DNA of 49,800 bases, taken from assembly GCF_006345805.1 (NCBI RefSeq), contig NW_021834331.1, forward strand, positions 1 through 49,800, given 5' to 3'. The position numbers were made by a program, and so were the translations under genes. The DNA is from Octopus sinensis. Lineage: Eukaryota. Shown in pieces: positions 11,290 to 23,782 of this stretch (position 1 is its first letter; each line of letters opens with the position of its first letter). The notes under the pieces are model-generated. The model was given only the letters and a program-made list of their open reading frames with translations. It ran no database searches and was not told the origin of the DNA.

Positions 11290-12410
11290 TATGTATGTAT
11301 ATATCTATATATAATAAATTAATAATTAAAACATATGCATATATACATACATATATGTACGTACCTATCTCTACATGTATATATACATGCATATATGGGT
11401 ACAGGACACCAAAAAAACGTCGAACACAATGAGAAACGAAAACATAAACACAAAAACAAGGAAATGGACATTTCTTTTAAACAACGAAAAAATAGAGTAC
11501 AGGACGTACAAAACAAGGAAAATTCCCCTTCTTCAGTTGCCTTAGTTTCATCTACTCCACGTTTCGAAGGTCAAGGCGATACATGACTTCAATAAAACTT
11601 TCCTTCCCGCGAAAATCAAATTAAATAAAATTTGAGATTTTTTTGCGGAGGGGTAAAAATGGTAACAGAAACAGGACAGTAACGACAGTACAAATATAAA
11701 CAGTAAAAGACAGGACACGGAGAATGACAGTAACACAAACAAGAGTAAGAGCTCTACAACCATTCCCTTTTTTTCTCTCCCTTTCTCTTACTTCTCCTCC
11801 TCCCTCCCGTCGCGGCCACGTGATGGGATGGGTACCACTGTCTTTCTTCTCCTGGCCTCCTTCAAGTAGAGACGGTAAAATCTGTTGCTCTCTGCCGTTC
11901 TCAAAAAATAGCGTTCGTAAAAAATAAAATTCTTTATCTCGTTTGGCTTAACAGCCCTTCTTGTTTGTGTTACTGTTATTCTCCGTGTCCTATCTTTTAC
12001 TGTTTTGTACTGTCGTTACTGTCCTGTTTTTGTTACCATTTTTACCCCTCCGCAAAAAAATCTCAAATTTTACTTAATTTGATTTTCGCGGGAAGGAAAG
12101 TTTTATTGAAGTCATGTATCGCCTTGACCTTCGAAACGTGGAGTAGATGAAACTAAGGCAACTGAAGAAGGGGAATTTTCCTTGTTTTGTATGTCCTGTA
12201 CTCTATTTTTTCGTTGTTTAAAAGAAATGTCCATTTCCTTGTTTTTGTGTTTATGTTTTCGTTTCTCATTGTGTTCGACGTTTTTTTGGTGTCCTGTACC
12301 CATATATGCATGTATATATACATGTAGAGGTAGGTACGTACATATATGTATGTATATATGCATATGTTTTAATTATTAATTTATTATATATATATATATA
12401 CATACAGACA
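11290..12410. repeat. Long inverted repeat (arms ~11290-11744 and ~11959-12410), pLTR-like cassette
   Basis: About 450-bp arms with a few mismatches. The mirrored ORF-track translations (11335+ and 12112-) confirm the inversion. Confidence 0.92.
12099..12154 (+). ncRNA. Degenerate hammerhead-like motif (mirror copy at 11544-11599, minus)
   Basis: AGUUUUAU-UGAAG-UCA...UGACCUUC-GAAAC-GUGGA-GUA-G-AUGAAACU. Stem I, GAAAC and GUA are present but the CUGANGA box is incomplete. Confidence 0.4.
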
Positions 12411-12479
12411 GACAGACAGACACACACACACACACACAACACACACACACACACACACACACATATATGTGTGTGTGTA

Positions 12480-13150
12480 TATAAAAATACAAAATGGGAC
12501 AAGAACGCAAAACATTCAAATAGACGATACAAAAAACACAGACGGGTCATTCGAAGCCTCTAATCTTCAGTCAAGAACCGGATCATCCTCGCAATTTCGG
12601 CTGATTAATCTTGAGATTGCTCCAATCTGGCCAGCTCCAAAGAAAAACTAAGCCACGAGCATTAGATTTCTTGGAAAAATGATCGAATGTATACGAAACA
12701 AGGACAGAAAAACGGACGATGTTACACGAATATAAATACAAAAGAACCAACAAAAAATAATACGAATATAAATACAAAAAGCAATAATAATAATAATAAC
12801 AGGACATAACAACAGGCGTCTTTCGACCAGAGACGAATTGAATTCAGCGAATTTGAAGAATAAGACCTTACGGCAGACGAAGAATGCAGCGTTATCGTGG
12901 CGGTGGTCCGAAGCGAAAGGGCTATAGTTGGCCAGCGGGCACGTGAGAAGAGAAGAGAGGGAAAAAGAGGGGGCAAAGGAATTAAAGAGGGGGAGAAGAG
13001 AAAGAAAAAGAGGAACAAAGGTATTAAGGAGGTGGAGAAGAGAGAGAAAAAGAGGAACAAGGAATTAAGGAGGAGGAGAAGAAAGAGAGCGTGTCAAGGA
13101 TTGGCGAGAAAAAAGAAAGAGAGAGACAGTGAAGTGCAAAGTAAGAAAGG
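12480..13150 (-). repeat. Probable further pLTR-like cassette
   Basis: Same layout as 11.75-12.4 kb and 32.3-32.8 kb: a pyrimidine tract, CACGTG, a GTCC-rich tail and a terminal microsatellite. Primary sequence similarity is low. Confidence 0.35.
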
Positions 13151-13559
13151 CAAATAAATGTGAGTGAGGGGTATATATATATATATGTATATATGTATGT
13201 GTGCATGTATATGTGTGTGTTTTATGTATGCATGTATGCATGATGTTTGCTTAAACTTCTTGAGTACCTAAACAATTAGCTGTCTCTGATTTTTCCTTTT
13301 GTTTCTTTTACCTCATCGCACAGTTTGTTATATTAAGCTGTTTTACATTTTCTGTCGAACTCTTTCCGTTTTGAAACATTTATTCACTCTCATTGCTATT
13401 TAACAAAATAAATAGACTTAGATGTGTCGAAGAAAGAGAACGTAATGTCATTCAAGTCTTTCTTCGCTGATGACCTGAAGCTGTCTTTCACTAATATTCA
13501 TAATAGGACAGTTAGAACTGCTAACATCATTCTTACGGGATATACGGATGGAGTTTGTT

Positions 13560-13990
13560 AAGATATGTACTCATACGTATCAACCAGATTATCGATCAAG
13601 CAAGAAATATGGATACCAATAGCCTGTATAACATCCCTACTACCTGTGATGAATGTTACAAATAACTTTGAGTCCTTGAGAGATATTGTAAGAATTACAT
13701 TTGGGTTATGTGAGGGAAAATTCAAGAGACTTTCAAACCACTTGTCTTCTTTCCGGCACTTCGATAAAAGTAATGCAACTAAGTTGTCTAGCCACGTATG
13801 GAATTTGAAAAGCAGCTTATAAACCACATAAAATTAAGTGAAGAATAGTGGAGAAACCCAAGTCATATGTTAATAGATCTAAGTAATGCAACTTACGCGT
13901 AGCAGAAAGATCTCATATGCTTCTTCGATCCAGCAATTCCAATACACTGCTTAATTTGAGATCTGAAGTTTATAGCAGGTGTAGACACAT
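13560..13990 (+). pseudogene. Penelope-like element GIY-YIG endonuclease remnant
   Basis: FGLCEGKFKRLSNHLSSFRH...NATKLSSHVWNLK. Downstream degenerate KIVEKPKSY..C and LLNLRSE..SRCRH segments fit the PLE C-terminus. Confidence 0.8.
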
Positions 13991-14422
13991 GAACAGGTTT
14001 CTTTTATCGAATTGGAGAGCACCACCCGTTCCGGATTGAATTGCTGTATCGCAGACTTCAACATATTTTGTTATTTTGTTCTAAACCAGTTGTATGTAAT
14101 GTGCTTTCTGCAATCAGGGTGGACGAGGGTCTTGATTATCTTGATTTCATTTCTTTTTTTCTCGTTCCATGTTTTGCACCAGCCTTCTTCACGTTTTTTC
14201 CGCGATTTTTCTTTTCTTTTCTTACTGTCTAGTGTCCTTGTTTTTTAAATATATATAATTCATAAACGGAGCCTGAAAGAAGATTGCTTTAAGATACATG
14301 GTGTATTTGATAAATATGCCTGTTTAAGTATCATAATTTCGGTTGTGCATTTAAATTGATTTTTATCTCTCACTGGATGGAGTACTTTCTTTGTTGATTC
14401 TTCCTCTACTGGGTCTTTAAAC

Positions 14423-14538
<116 letters not shown>

Positions 14539-14674
14539 CGTAAATATATATGTGTATGTATCTGTATCTATATCTATATCTGTATATATGTATGTGTATG
14601 TGTATTTGTATATATATGTGTATGTATATATATGTATATGTATGTATGTGTATGTGTATTTGTATATATATGTG

Positions 14675-14716
<42 letters not shown>

Positions 14717-15120
14717 GTGCTAGTGTATTTATATGTATGTATGTGTGTGTCTGTATGTATATACATGGGCATATGTATATGTATGCGTATGGATATTCGT
14801 ATGTGTATGTATGTGGGTTTGTATGTATATTTATTTTATGTTCTTTTATGTATACTTATCTACTTCTTCCCTCCACTTAATAACAACAACAACAAACTGA
14901 CTAAAAGCGATAGTCTTCTAATTTACCTAAAACTCTATTCAATTATCCTATTTATTTATTTATTTATTTATTTATTCATTTATTTACATTATCACTGATT
15001 TTTTTGACCACTCCCCTAAGAAAGACAGTTTGTGCCCTGCTTACCCAAAAATGTCCCCCACCACCACCACCCCATTAAATCTGCCTAAATGTATAAATGC
15101 CAGAACTTATTTTGACAGCA

Positions 15121-15171
15121 AGCTTCCTGATGATTTCATTTGAATGAAACGGTTCTAGTCCTGTAGAAGCT
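15121..15171 (+). ncRNA. Compact type-I hammerhead ribozyme
   Basis: AGCUUC-CUGAUGA-U-UUC-AUUU-GAA-U-GAAAC-GG-UUCUAGUC-CU-GUA-GAAGCU. Canonical core, 6-bp stem I, 4-bp stem III and a GUA cleavage triplet. Confidence 0.75.
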
Positions 15172-15252
15172 CCTTCTATAAAATAAATTAATTTACTCTG
15201 CTATGTATTGAGTACCTTATTTACTGTGGTTATCCCCGACTCAACCCGGGAC

Positions 15253-15324
<72 letters not shown>

Positions 15325-15344
15325 TATATATCTACATGTATGTA

Positions 15345-15560
15345 TGTGTGTGCCTTTGTGTCTATGTCCCCCCCTATTATCGCTTGACAACTAATGTCGG
15401 TGTGTTTACATCCCTGTAATTTGGCGGTTTGGCAAAAGAGACCGATAGGATAAGTACCAAGGTTACAAATAATAAGTTCAGGGGTCGATTTCTTCCACTA
15501 AAAGGTGGTACGCAGCATGGCCACAGTCAGATGACTGACACAAATAAAACAATAAAAGAA
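15345..15560 (+). mobile_element. SINE 3' half
   Basis: CGCTTGACAAC...GCAGCATGGCCACAGTCAGATGACTGACAC...AAAAGAATA. Confidence 0.8.
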
Positions 15561-15719
15561 TATGTATATATGTATATATGCGTATTTGTGTGTATGTATA
15601 TATATAGTTGGAATTTACCAAAAAAAAAACAAACAAACAAAACAAAAGATGAAGACAGGTGTATAAATAACAAAGAAGTGTGCACCATTATATATACATA
15701 CACACAATTATAAAGTATA

Positions 15720-17360
15720 CATTCACTGAAATCCAAACGAAGACATCGTATACACACAGAAAATTTAATTGCACCGATCCATGAAGAATCTTGATACCTA
15801 ATCTATCCATGCACAGGAACAGCTTTAGCAAGACTACCCCATACTGTAAGGAAATGTTTGCTAGAAGCAATTTCAACGAGAAGCTAGAGTCCATAGAGGA
15901 TATTGAATCCACCTTACATCAGCATAGAGCGAAGAGGAAGAAAATTACTCGTTTAATCCACCATATAACTTGGACATGTCACGATATTAGAAAGACAAAG
16001 CTTCACGATGACACAGAAATATAATAAACTTTTCAAAACACAAAACGTTAACATCAGCTATTCCTGCATGAATATCATCGCTTTCCAGATTACATACTAC
16101 ATAGGAAAACATCGACTCACATCTCAGTAGTCAATTTATAACAGTAGAAATTTACCTACCTCTCCATTCAATGCATTCTGTATCTCTAAAGAAGTCGCAG
16201 AGCACTGGTAACGCTACTGGACAGTACAGAAAGGAATTATACATGCCTCGCTGCAAACACTTCCAAGGTTCCTTACTCGCAGCATCTTCACCCATTTAGA
16301 GCATAGAATATGGGAAACTCAAAATCTTTGTCCCAGTTTGTCTGAAGATTCAGTCTAAGGTCCTAAAGTTTTCGCCGTTGCACCCAACATCATAGTCCTT
16401 ATGATGAACCTTCTCCTCCTCCTCCTCCTCCCCCTCCTCCTCCTCCTCCTCCTCGTCACCACCCTCGGTTTGTTATCATTGATATTTTGGTGCAGCATCA
16501 ACAACACGTGCAGGGGCGATAACTTTACCGACGTCACAACCACCTCCAGCGACGTCAACACCAGCAGCCCCAGCTCCAACAACAACATCATTGGCGACAA
16601 CATCAGCAGCAACAGCAACAGGTGCAGCACCGACAACACGCACCCACGTTAACATCAGCTATTCCTGCATGAATATCATCGCTTTCCAGATTACATACTA
16701 CATAGGAAAACATCGACTCACACCTCAGTAGTCAAATTTATAACAGTAGAAATTTACCTACCTCTCCATTCAATGCATTCTGTATCTCTAAAGAAGTCAC
16801 AGAGCACTGGTAACGCTACTGTCCAGTAGCGTGGGAATTCTCTCAAGTAACGTCTCTCCAATCAGAGTTCCGGAAAGGAGATACGTAACATCGCTGGTCA
16901 ATCACTCCTGGCAACTAAGAGACGATGGGATCCCATACTAGATCTCATGGAAGATCCTCAAAAATCCAGGCCCCTACGTCAACGGAACGAATCGTTGCAA
17001 GTTATGCATAGCTGAACGCGCGAGAATCCTAAAAGACTGGCTCGAACCAGGGAGCATTCTTAATTCCAGAACCGAGGTTTTTCGGGCTATGTTTACATTT
17101 TAGGAAATTCCTGCTAGCTTTTTGGAATCTACAAGATGGCGGCACAGCTAGAAGTCGATAGCCAATGGCAAAGGGAGATAATCCCCTATTGTATACCTTT
17201 GTAGCGAGGCTTTTCCCCCTCCATATTTTGGAGAGGTTTTAGGCCAACGAGTTCTGGGGTCTGACGATACACTATAAAGCTAAACCCTTTATGGCCAGGA
17301 AACCCAAGGTAATCTCATAAACCAGACTTCCCTATTAATTTTTATATATATATATATATA
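15720..17360 (+). mobile_element. Degenerate Penelope-like element (RT C-terminus, linker and GIY-YIG) with internal duplication
   Basis: NVNISYSCMN linker motif. SWKILKNPGPYVNGTNRCKLCIAERARIL...LNSRTEVF..CLHFRKFLL at ~16940-17115. A ~175-bp direct repeat lies at 16045-16219 and 16646-16821. Confidence 0.8.
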
Positions 17361-17366
17361 TATATA

Positions 17367-17507
17367 CTTTATTTAAAGCAGCAGAAAAGTCAACAAAATC
17401 TGTTACTCTGAGTTTCTCGTTGCCATTCATCAAAAACTGTCTGATGAACGGCAACGAGAAACTCAGAGTAACAGATTTTGTTGAATTTTCTGCTGCTTTA
17501 AATAAAG
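17367..17507. repeat. 66-bp-arm palindrome (64/66 paired, 9-nt loop)
   Basis: Arms 17367-17432 and 17442-17507 compared directly. Confidence 0.95.
17437..17474 (+). ncRNA. Minimal type-I hammerhead ribozyme
   Basis: CUGU-CUGAUGA-A-CG-GCAA-CG-A-GAAAC-UC-A-GA-GUA-ACAG. Canonical core, GNRA-capped 2-bp stem II and stem III ACUC/GAGU. It lies downstream of the PLE remnant. Confidence 0.75.
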
Positions 17508-17576
17508 CATATTACTCTACCACTGGTATTTGAGTACTCTTTTTTCCACCTTGTTTCACATTTATGTGTTTACTCC

Positions 17577-17750
<174 letters not shown>

Positions 17751-17751
17751 T

Positions 17752-19370
17752 TAGCGAAAAAGATGTCCTACTAGCCATAGATGAAGTGGACAAAAACTCA
17801 GCTGCTGGTCCAGATGGTTTCCCAGCCATCCTCCTCAAAGCGTGTAAGCATGCCCTGGCAAAACCCCTGAAGATTCTCTTCCAGAGCTTTCTTGCGAATG
17901 GCAAACTGCCAAGCAAGCTGAAGGAGGGAATAATATGCCCAATACATAAAGGGGTAAGTAGAGCAGATGCCAAAAACTATAGGCTTATCTCTCTGACTTC
18001 ACACTTCAGCAAAGTCATAGAACGGATAGTCAGAAAGAAACTAATCGCATTCCTTGAGGAAAATAACTTGCTGAGTGATACCCAGCATGATTTTCGATCA
18101 GGTAGGAGCTGCCTGACCCAGCTCTTACAACATTTTGACTGGGTGTTGAGGCAGTTACTCAACAAATCAAATGTGGACGTAATCTACCTTGATTTTGCAA
18201 AAGCTTTTGACAAGGTGGATCATGGTATGATATGCCACAAACTGCGTGACCTCGGCATAGCTGGAAAACTTGGAGTGTGGTTACATGACTTCCTGAAAGA
18301 TAGGAGTCAGGCACTGTCTTGGGACCACTGCTTTTTATAGTGGCCCTCTCAGATATGCCCTCAAATGCCCGGATAGCCACTCTGGCCAGCTACGCAGACG
18401 ATACGAAAGTCTCGCAGAAAATACAGAACCCCAGCGATGTTGCACACCTGCAGCAGGAGTTGAACTCAATCTACAGATGGGCTGAGGATAATAATATGCA
18501 GTTTAATGCTCAAAAATTCCAGGCCTGCGCTACCAGCAGCCAAAACTGAATATTAAACTTACGGGATACACCGATCCACAGGGAATTTCAATCCCAGAGC
18601 CTAAGTCTGTGAGGTACCTGGGTATCGACATGAGTGATGATACCTCTTTCCAAGTGCACATTGCCAGGATGGCGACAAAGTGCAGACGACTGGCTGGGTG
18701 GATCATAAGAACATTCAGAACCAGAGATAAGGAAACCATGATGGTCCTCTGGCGGACATTCGTCCTTAGCCGCCTGGATTACTGCTCACAGCTATGGTAA
18801 CCCAACAGTGTAAAATTAACAGCGGACCTTGAAGCAACCCAGAGAAGATTCACAAAGAAAATCGTCTCTTTGCAACAGCTCAGCTACTGGGAAAGGTTGA
18901 AACAGCTAAGACTCTACTCCCTGGAGAGAAGACGGGAGAGGTATGCAGTAATATATGTCTGGAAGATCCTGGAAGGAATGGTGCCAAATTTTGGCATCGT
19001 AAGCTACACCAATGCTAGAACGGGACGACACTGCATAATGCCAAAGATCCCAGCAATGCCATCACGCTTCAGGACCAGCTTCTGCAACAGCCTGGGTTTC
19101 AAGGGCCCACAGCTTTTTAATTTTATCCCAAAGAGTCTGAGGAATTTGCACAAAGTAGATGTAGCGGTTTTTAAATCAAAGCTGGACATCTTCCTGTCAA
19201 GAGTCCCAGATGAACCTACCTCACGGCAAGAGGTGCAAATGAGAGTAGCTATATCAAACTCCATTCTTCACCAAGTGCTACATATTAGACGAGGTTCTTC
19301 GTAATAACAGTGTAGCACAAAACGGCGGTGCATCAGCATGGCCGCAGCTCTGAGCTGAAACTAGAGAAAA
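17752..19370 (+). mobile_element. 5'-truncated CR1-like LINE (RT domain, 3' UTR and tail)
   Basis: [91 protein letters not shown]. Several frameshifts and stops. Ends in a stem-loop and an A-run. Confidence 0.92.
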
Positions 19371-19400
19371 AAAATATATAAATAAATAAATATATATATA

Positions 19401-19471
<71 letters not shown>

Positions 19472-20087
19472 TTCCTATCTTGTTAAAAGCACGAAATAGG
19501 GAGTAGTAAAAATAGTGAATTATCTTCTTTTGGTATTTTGTCCTGTACTTATCTCTCATGTGTTTACGTTTTTTCACTCGTCGGGGATTTCCTGTACTTA
19601 TTGTGTATGTTTTAGCATTTTGTCCTGTACATATTTCTCGTGTGTTTATTTGATCAGCTAGCAACTTGTAATGTGGATATTAGCGGTATTTTGAGAATAA
19701 GAATTTATCTTTATGCAAACATGTCGTATTTGTCTCGTCTCGTTTATCAAGTAATTCTGATTTGGCTATTAAAATGAAGAATTTCTCATTCATTCATAAA
19801 TTACAGCGAGGGCATTATTTGTAATCATAGGGACTAACCTAGCGTTATATATGACAGTTACCAATACCAGATATCTCCATCAGGTATAACTCCTTCGACT
19901 AACACCGCTAGTCAACAAGTCATTTCCCCCGCTTACTGCTCCATTCATCTAATTGAAGAAACGTACACACACGTGGAACCAAAAAGTCACTAAAATGTAA
20001 GCCTAAAGACTTAACAAACATTTTCCTTTTTCTTTTGCCTTTTCTTTTTCCTTTCATTTCCCTTTTTCTCCTATTTATATTCCTCTA

Positions 20088-20172
20088 AATCATTCTGACG
20101 ATGTTTGTTAAATGGAACGAGATAAATGCAAATCTACTTCGATTTGATAAACAGCAACAGCTGTAAATTGTT
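20088..20172 (+). ncRNA. Type-I hammerhead-like motif with one core substitution (GCAAC for GAAAC)
   Basis: AAUCAUU-CUGACGA, a 12-bp stem II (UGUUUGUUAAAU/AUUUGAUAAACA), GCAAC, a perfect palindrome ACAGCUGU, GUA, then AAUUGUU. Confidence 0.65.
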
Positions 20173-20278
20173 CTGAGCTACAGTTTAACTATGACCTTTT
20201 AATACCAATGATAAATTTCTAATAGTTACTTATTGCTCCATTTCTTTTCTCTCTCTCTCCCCCCTCTCTCTCTTTATA

Positions 20279-21266
20279 TATAATCAAAATAAGCAACAAG
20301 GATATCCAAGGTAGTGTAGTACAATCGTTTCATGCTACTTCATTTTATTAAACACTGTAAGTATTACATCAGTTTTAAAATGTCGAGCAATCTTCAGCCA
20401 CATATAGAGTTTTTTAATTAAACGGACAATGCACATTTTTATACTTATTTCATTTCAAAGAGGGTAGATATATAGATAGAGAGGTTAATTTTATCAATAA
20501 GAACATGGTGGTAGTATGTTCTTCTCATTAATAAAATATATCACAATTTACTAACTAACTATGATCCTATATAAATAGAAATGGATATATATATATATTT
20601 ATATAAATATGAAATGATTTCTATATTTTCTATCCCTATATAAGATACTAAAATTTATTGGAATCCTTTGGAAAATTATCTAAAGGATATCTATTAAAAA
20701 TTCACTAGCAGAATTATGGCTGTTAAATTGTAAGGAACATTGAAAACCTCTAGAGCATTAGTAGTCTCTATTCTCTCTACCCCACTAATTTCAGCCTACT
20801 ACCTTTTGCTATAATACATTCAAATATGTCCAAGTTAAATTCCTCAAAATGAGGATGGATTTATGGCTTTGACATTTGTACTACCCCTTCCTCTATCTAT
20901 AAATAGAAACATTCTTGTTTGTCTCCATTGAACCAAGAATAGAAACACCCTCCCCACTGATAGATCTAAATAACAAAGTGAACTCAGTGATAAAAATCTA
21001 CAGATGGAGAAGAACATACTACCACCATGTTCTTAATGATGAAATTAACCTCTCTGTCTATATATCTACACTCTTTGTAATGTTGGCAAATGAAATAAGA
21101 ATAAAAATGTGCATTGTCCGTTTAATTAAAAAAAATTCTATATGTGGCTGAAGATTGCTCGACATTTTAAAACTGATGTAATACTTACAGTGTTTAATAA
21201 AATGAAGTAGCATGAAGCGATTGTGCTACACTACCTTGGATATCCTTGTTGCTTATTTTGATTATA
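20279..21266. repeat. Inverted repeat, arms 20279-20526 and 21007-21266
   Basis: About 250-bp arms with a few substitutions and one short indel, and a ~480-bp spacer. Confidence 0.92.
20315..20402 (-). ncRNA. Type-I hammerhead ribozyme with long stem II (mutated mirror copy at 21143-21230, plus)
   Basis: UGUGG-CUGAAGA-U-UGCU...AGCA-U-GAAAC-GAUU-GUA-CUACA. ACGAUUGU is self-complementary. The mirror copy reads GAAGC and GUG. Confidence 0.7.
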
Positions 21267-21357
21267 ATAACCCCATTTGATTTATATGGATAATACCATA
21301 CAAAATTCTGGTGCCTTTAACTTAAGTACCATATTCATCTGAATCTAAATTTTGCTG

Positions 21358-21416
<59 letters not shown>

Positions 21417-21660
21417 TGTGTGTGTGTGCGTGCGCGCGCGCGCGTGTGTGTATGTATGTATATATATATATATATATAGAATAAGGATATGATAAAAAAA
21501 TGATTATATCAGTGACCTTGCGCATAACAGTGACCGTATTAGGTAAAATTAAATTTGAATATTGAGAACATATCTTAAAGTGGACTGTAGGTATTTGACA
21601 TCTACTTCTTGCGTAGGATGCTGGTCATATCCAGTAGCCCTTAATTATAATTATATTTTA

Positions 21661-22528
21661 CTAGCAGCTAAGCCCGGTTTCACCCGGTCTGTTTGGATGA
21701 TGTGTCGGTGATCGTTTTCGGTTAGGCATAATCTATAGCAGCGTTTCTCAACCTTATCATTTCGGGTCCCCAATTTCGATTGAAGCCTCCAGCTGTATGA
21801 AAATTTTCTGACACCCCACCCCTTGTCAGAAAACAGCTTCAGGAGTTGTGAAGAACGAATTTGTGCGCAGTCTGTTTATGAGAGCTATTTTCTATTGGAC
21901 CTTTGTCTAATCATTAAAACATTGATTTAATTATGAACATAGAAAGAAATTATGCATTAATCCCTATTTTTGTAAGCAGTTGTATCCGTAAAAATTTTAT
22001 TTGCAGAGAGCAGAAATTGAAAGGAGATATATGAAATGGACGTGTGTGTGTATGTGTGTATGCGCGCGCTTGCGTGTTTTCGGCTAATTTGGCGGGAGTT
22101 TTGCAATCAGCAGGAGGTGGTTTGTGTTTATCTCTCGAGTCGAATTGTTGTTAATTTGTCTGTAATAGCAATGCCCGGACAAGTCAAAATATCTTCGGTT
22201 TTCACTCCTTCGCCTACAGTAAAATGAGCCAGGAGCCCTTCTCCGGTAAGTTGAAGAAACAATAAGAATATTTTAATAAGTTTTAGCTTCAGTTTATATT
22301 TTATATGTTACCAGACAGTGTGTTTATAGTTAATTAAGTATACTAATACAGGTACCTCCCTCTTAACTTCCAGAAAAATTGATATTTTTTAAAGAAGTTT
22401 TCAACAAATACATTTCAGATGGTGTAGATTCCGATTATATCGAAATTTGTCATGAAAAACAATTCTGTGGCTGCGGAGAAAAGTTTCGGAAATTTCACAC
22501 ACACACTCACACACACACACGCACACAC

Positions 22529-22584
<56 letters not shown>

Positions 22585-23290
22585 TTTGAGGGGCTGTGCG
22601 AGACAGAAAGTGTGGTGTGTATGTGATGTAGAGAGAGAGATAACTGAAAATTTTTATCCACTTTTTGTTGTGAGTGAATGTATGAGTGTTTGATAGAAAA
22701 AGAGAGAGAGAGAGAGGTTATGTATGTGTGAATGGTTTCAGTGACATACGCACACACACAAAAACATGTACGTACACCTATTGCATACATGTTCACGGGC
22801 GTGTGTATTTCCTTTTTTAGCGAGTGAATGTGTGATTGATTGACAAAATAAAAAGAGAAAGAGAGAGAGAGAGAGGTTATATATGTATGCATGTATGTAT
22901 GTATGTGTGTGAATGGCTTCAATGACACACACACACAGAAACATACGTACGTACTCCTATTGTATACATGTTCATGTGCGTGTGAAAGGAGAGAGAATGT
23001 ATGTTTTTTGTTTCTGCTTGTTATGCATAGCAGACCGTTACATAAACATACATGCAAACAACAAGCAAAAACAGAAAACATACCCCGCCCTCTCTCTCTT
23101 TTCTTCTGTCAAACACTCACACATTAAATTACTACAAAAAGTAAATAGAAAATTTTCAGCTATCTCTCTCTCTCAATTATGCACCCCCCCAGCATCATTG
23201 CCCTCTCTGTCTCTTCACATACACTGAGAAAACTTCAAATACACACTGCACTTTCTATCTCGCACAGCCCATCACACACACACATACGCA

Positions 23291-23338
<48 letters not shown>

Positions 23339-23782
23339 ACACACACACACACACATACACATCAATTCATCCGCTTCACGCCGACTTCAAAAGATAGTCC
23401 CCTCTTCTAATTTGAATGAGAATCTGTAACTAAAGATTAAGATTATTAACCCCACAAAAAGGTGAAAGAAGAGAGACAGCATTGCGAAAGTTTTGGCTGA
23501 CTGTCATCTTGTACTCCCCTTGTTGCTAGCGAAATGGTATGTGCCGGCTGTGTGAGCAACTGGTTGTTTTAATGGCAGAACAAACGGGAATTCCATTAGA
23601 AAAAGTTTTAACCGATTTTCTCGGTAAGCATGGGGGCTAGGAAAAAATACAAACCACATTCCAATCTATGTACCCGTCTCCACATGTGTGCCATTTTCAC
23701 GCGAATCCACCCAACCGTTTGGCTGTGAACCTCAAGACAAGAACGAATACAACGATCGCCCATGTCCAATTTATATTATAGA
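21661..23782 (-). mobile_element. Non-autonomous Helitron-like element with internal microsatellites
   Basis: The minus strand starts a|TCTATAATATAAA at 23782 and ends ACCGGGTGAAACCGGGC-TTAGCTG-CTAG|t at 21661, consistent with an A|T target. Confidence 0.7.

Noticed and set aside
12535-12580. CUGAAGA...GAAU...GUC on the minus strand
   Set aside because: It sits where an HHR would be expected, but no stem I or stem II pairing was found.
14273-14350. CTGAAAGAAGATTGC...ATAATTTCGG, resembling the 3574 motif
   Set aside because: The GAAAC box is missing and the core is altered; too decayed to call.
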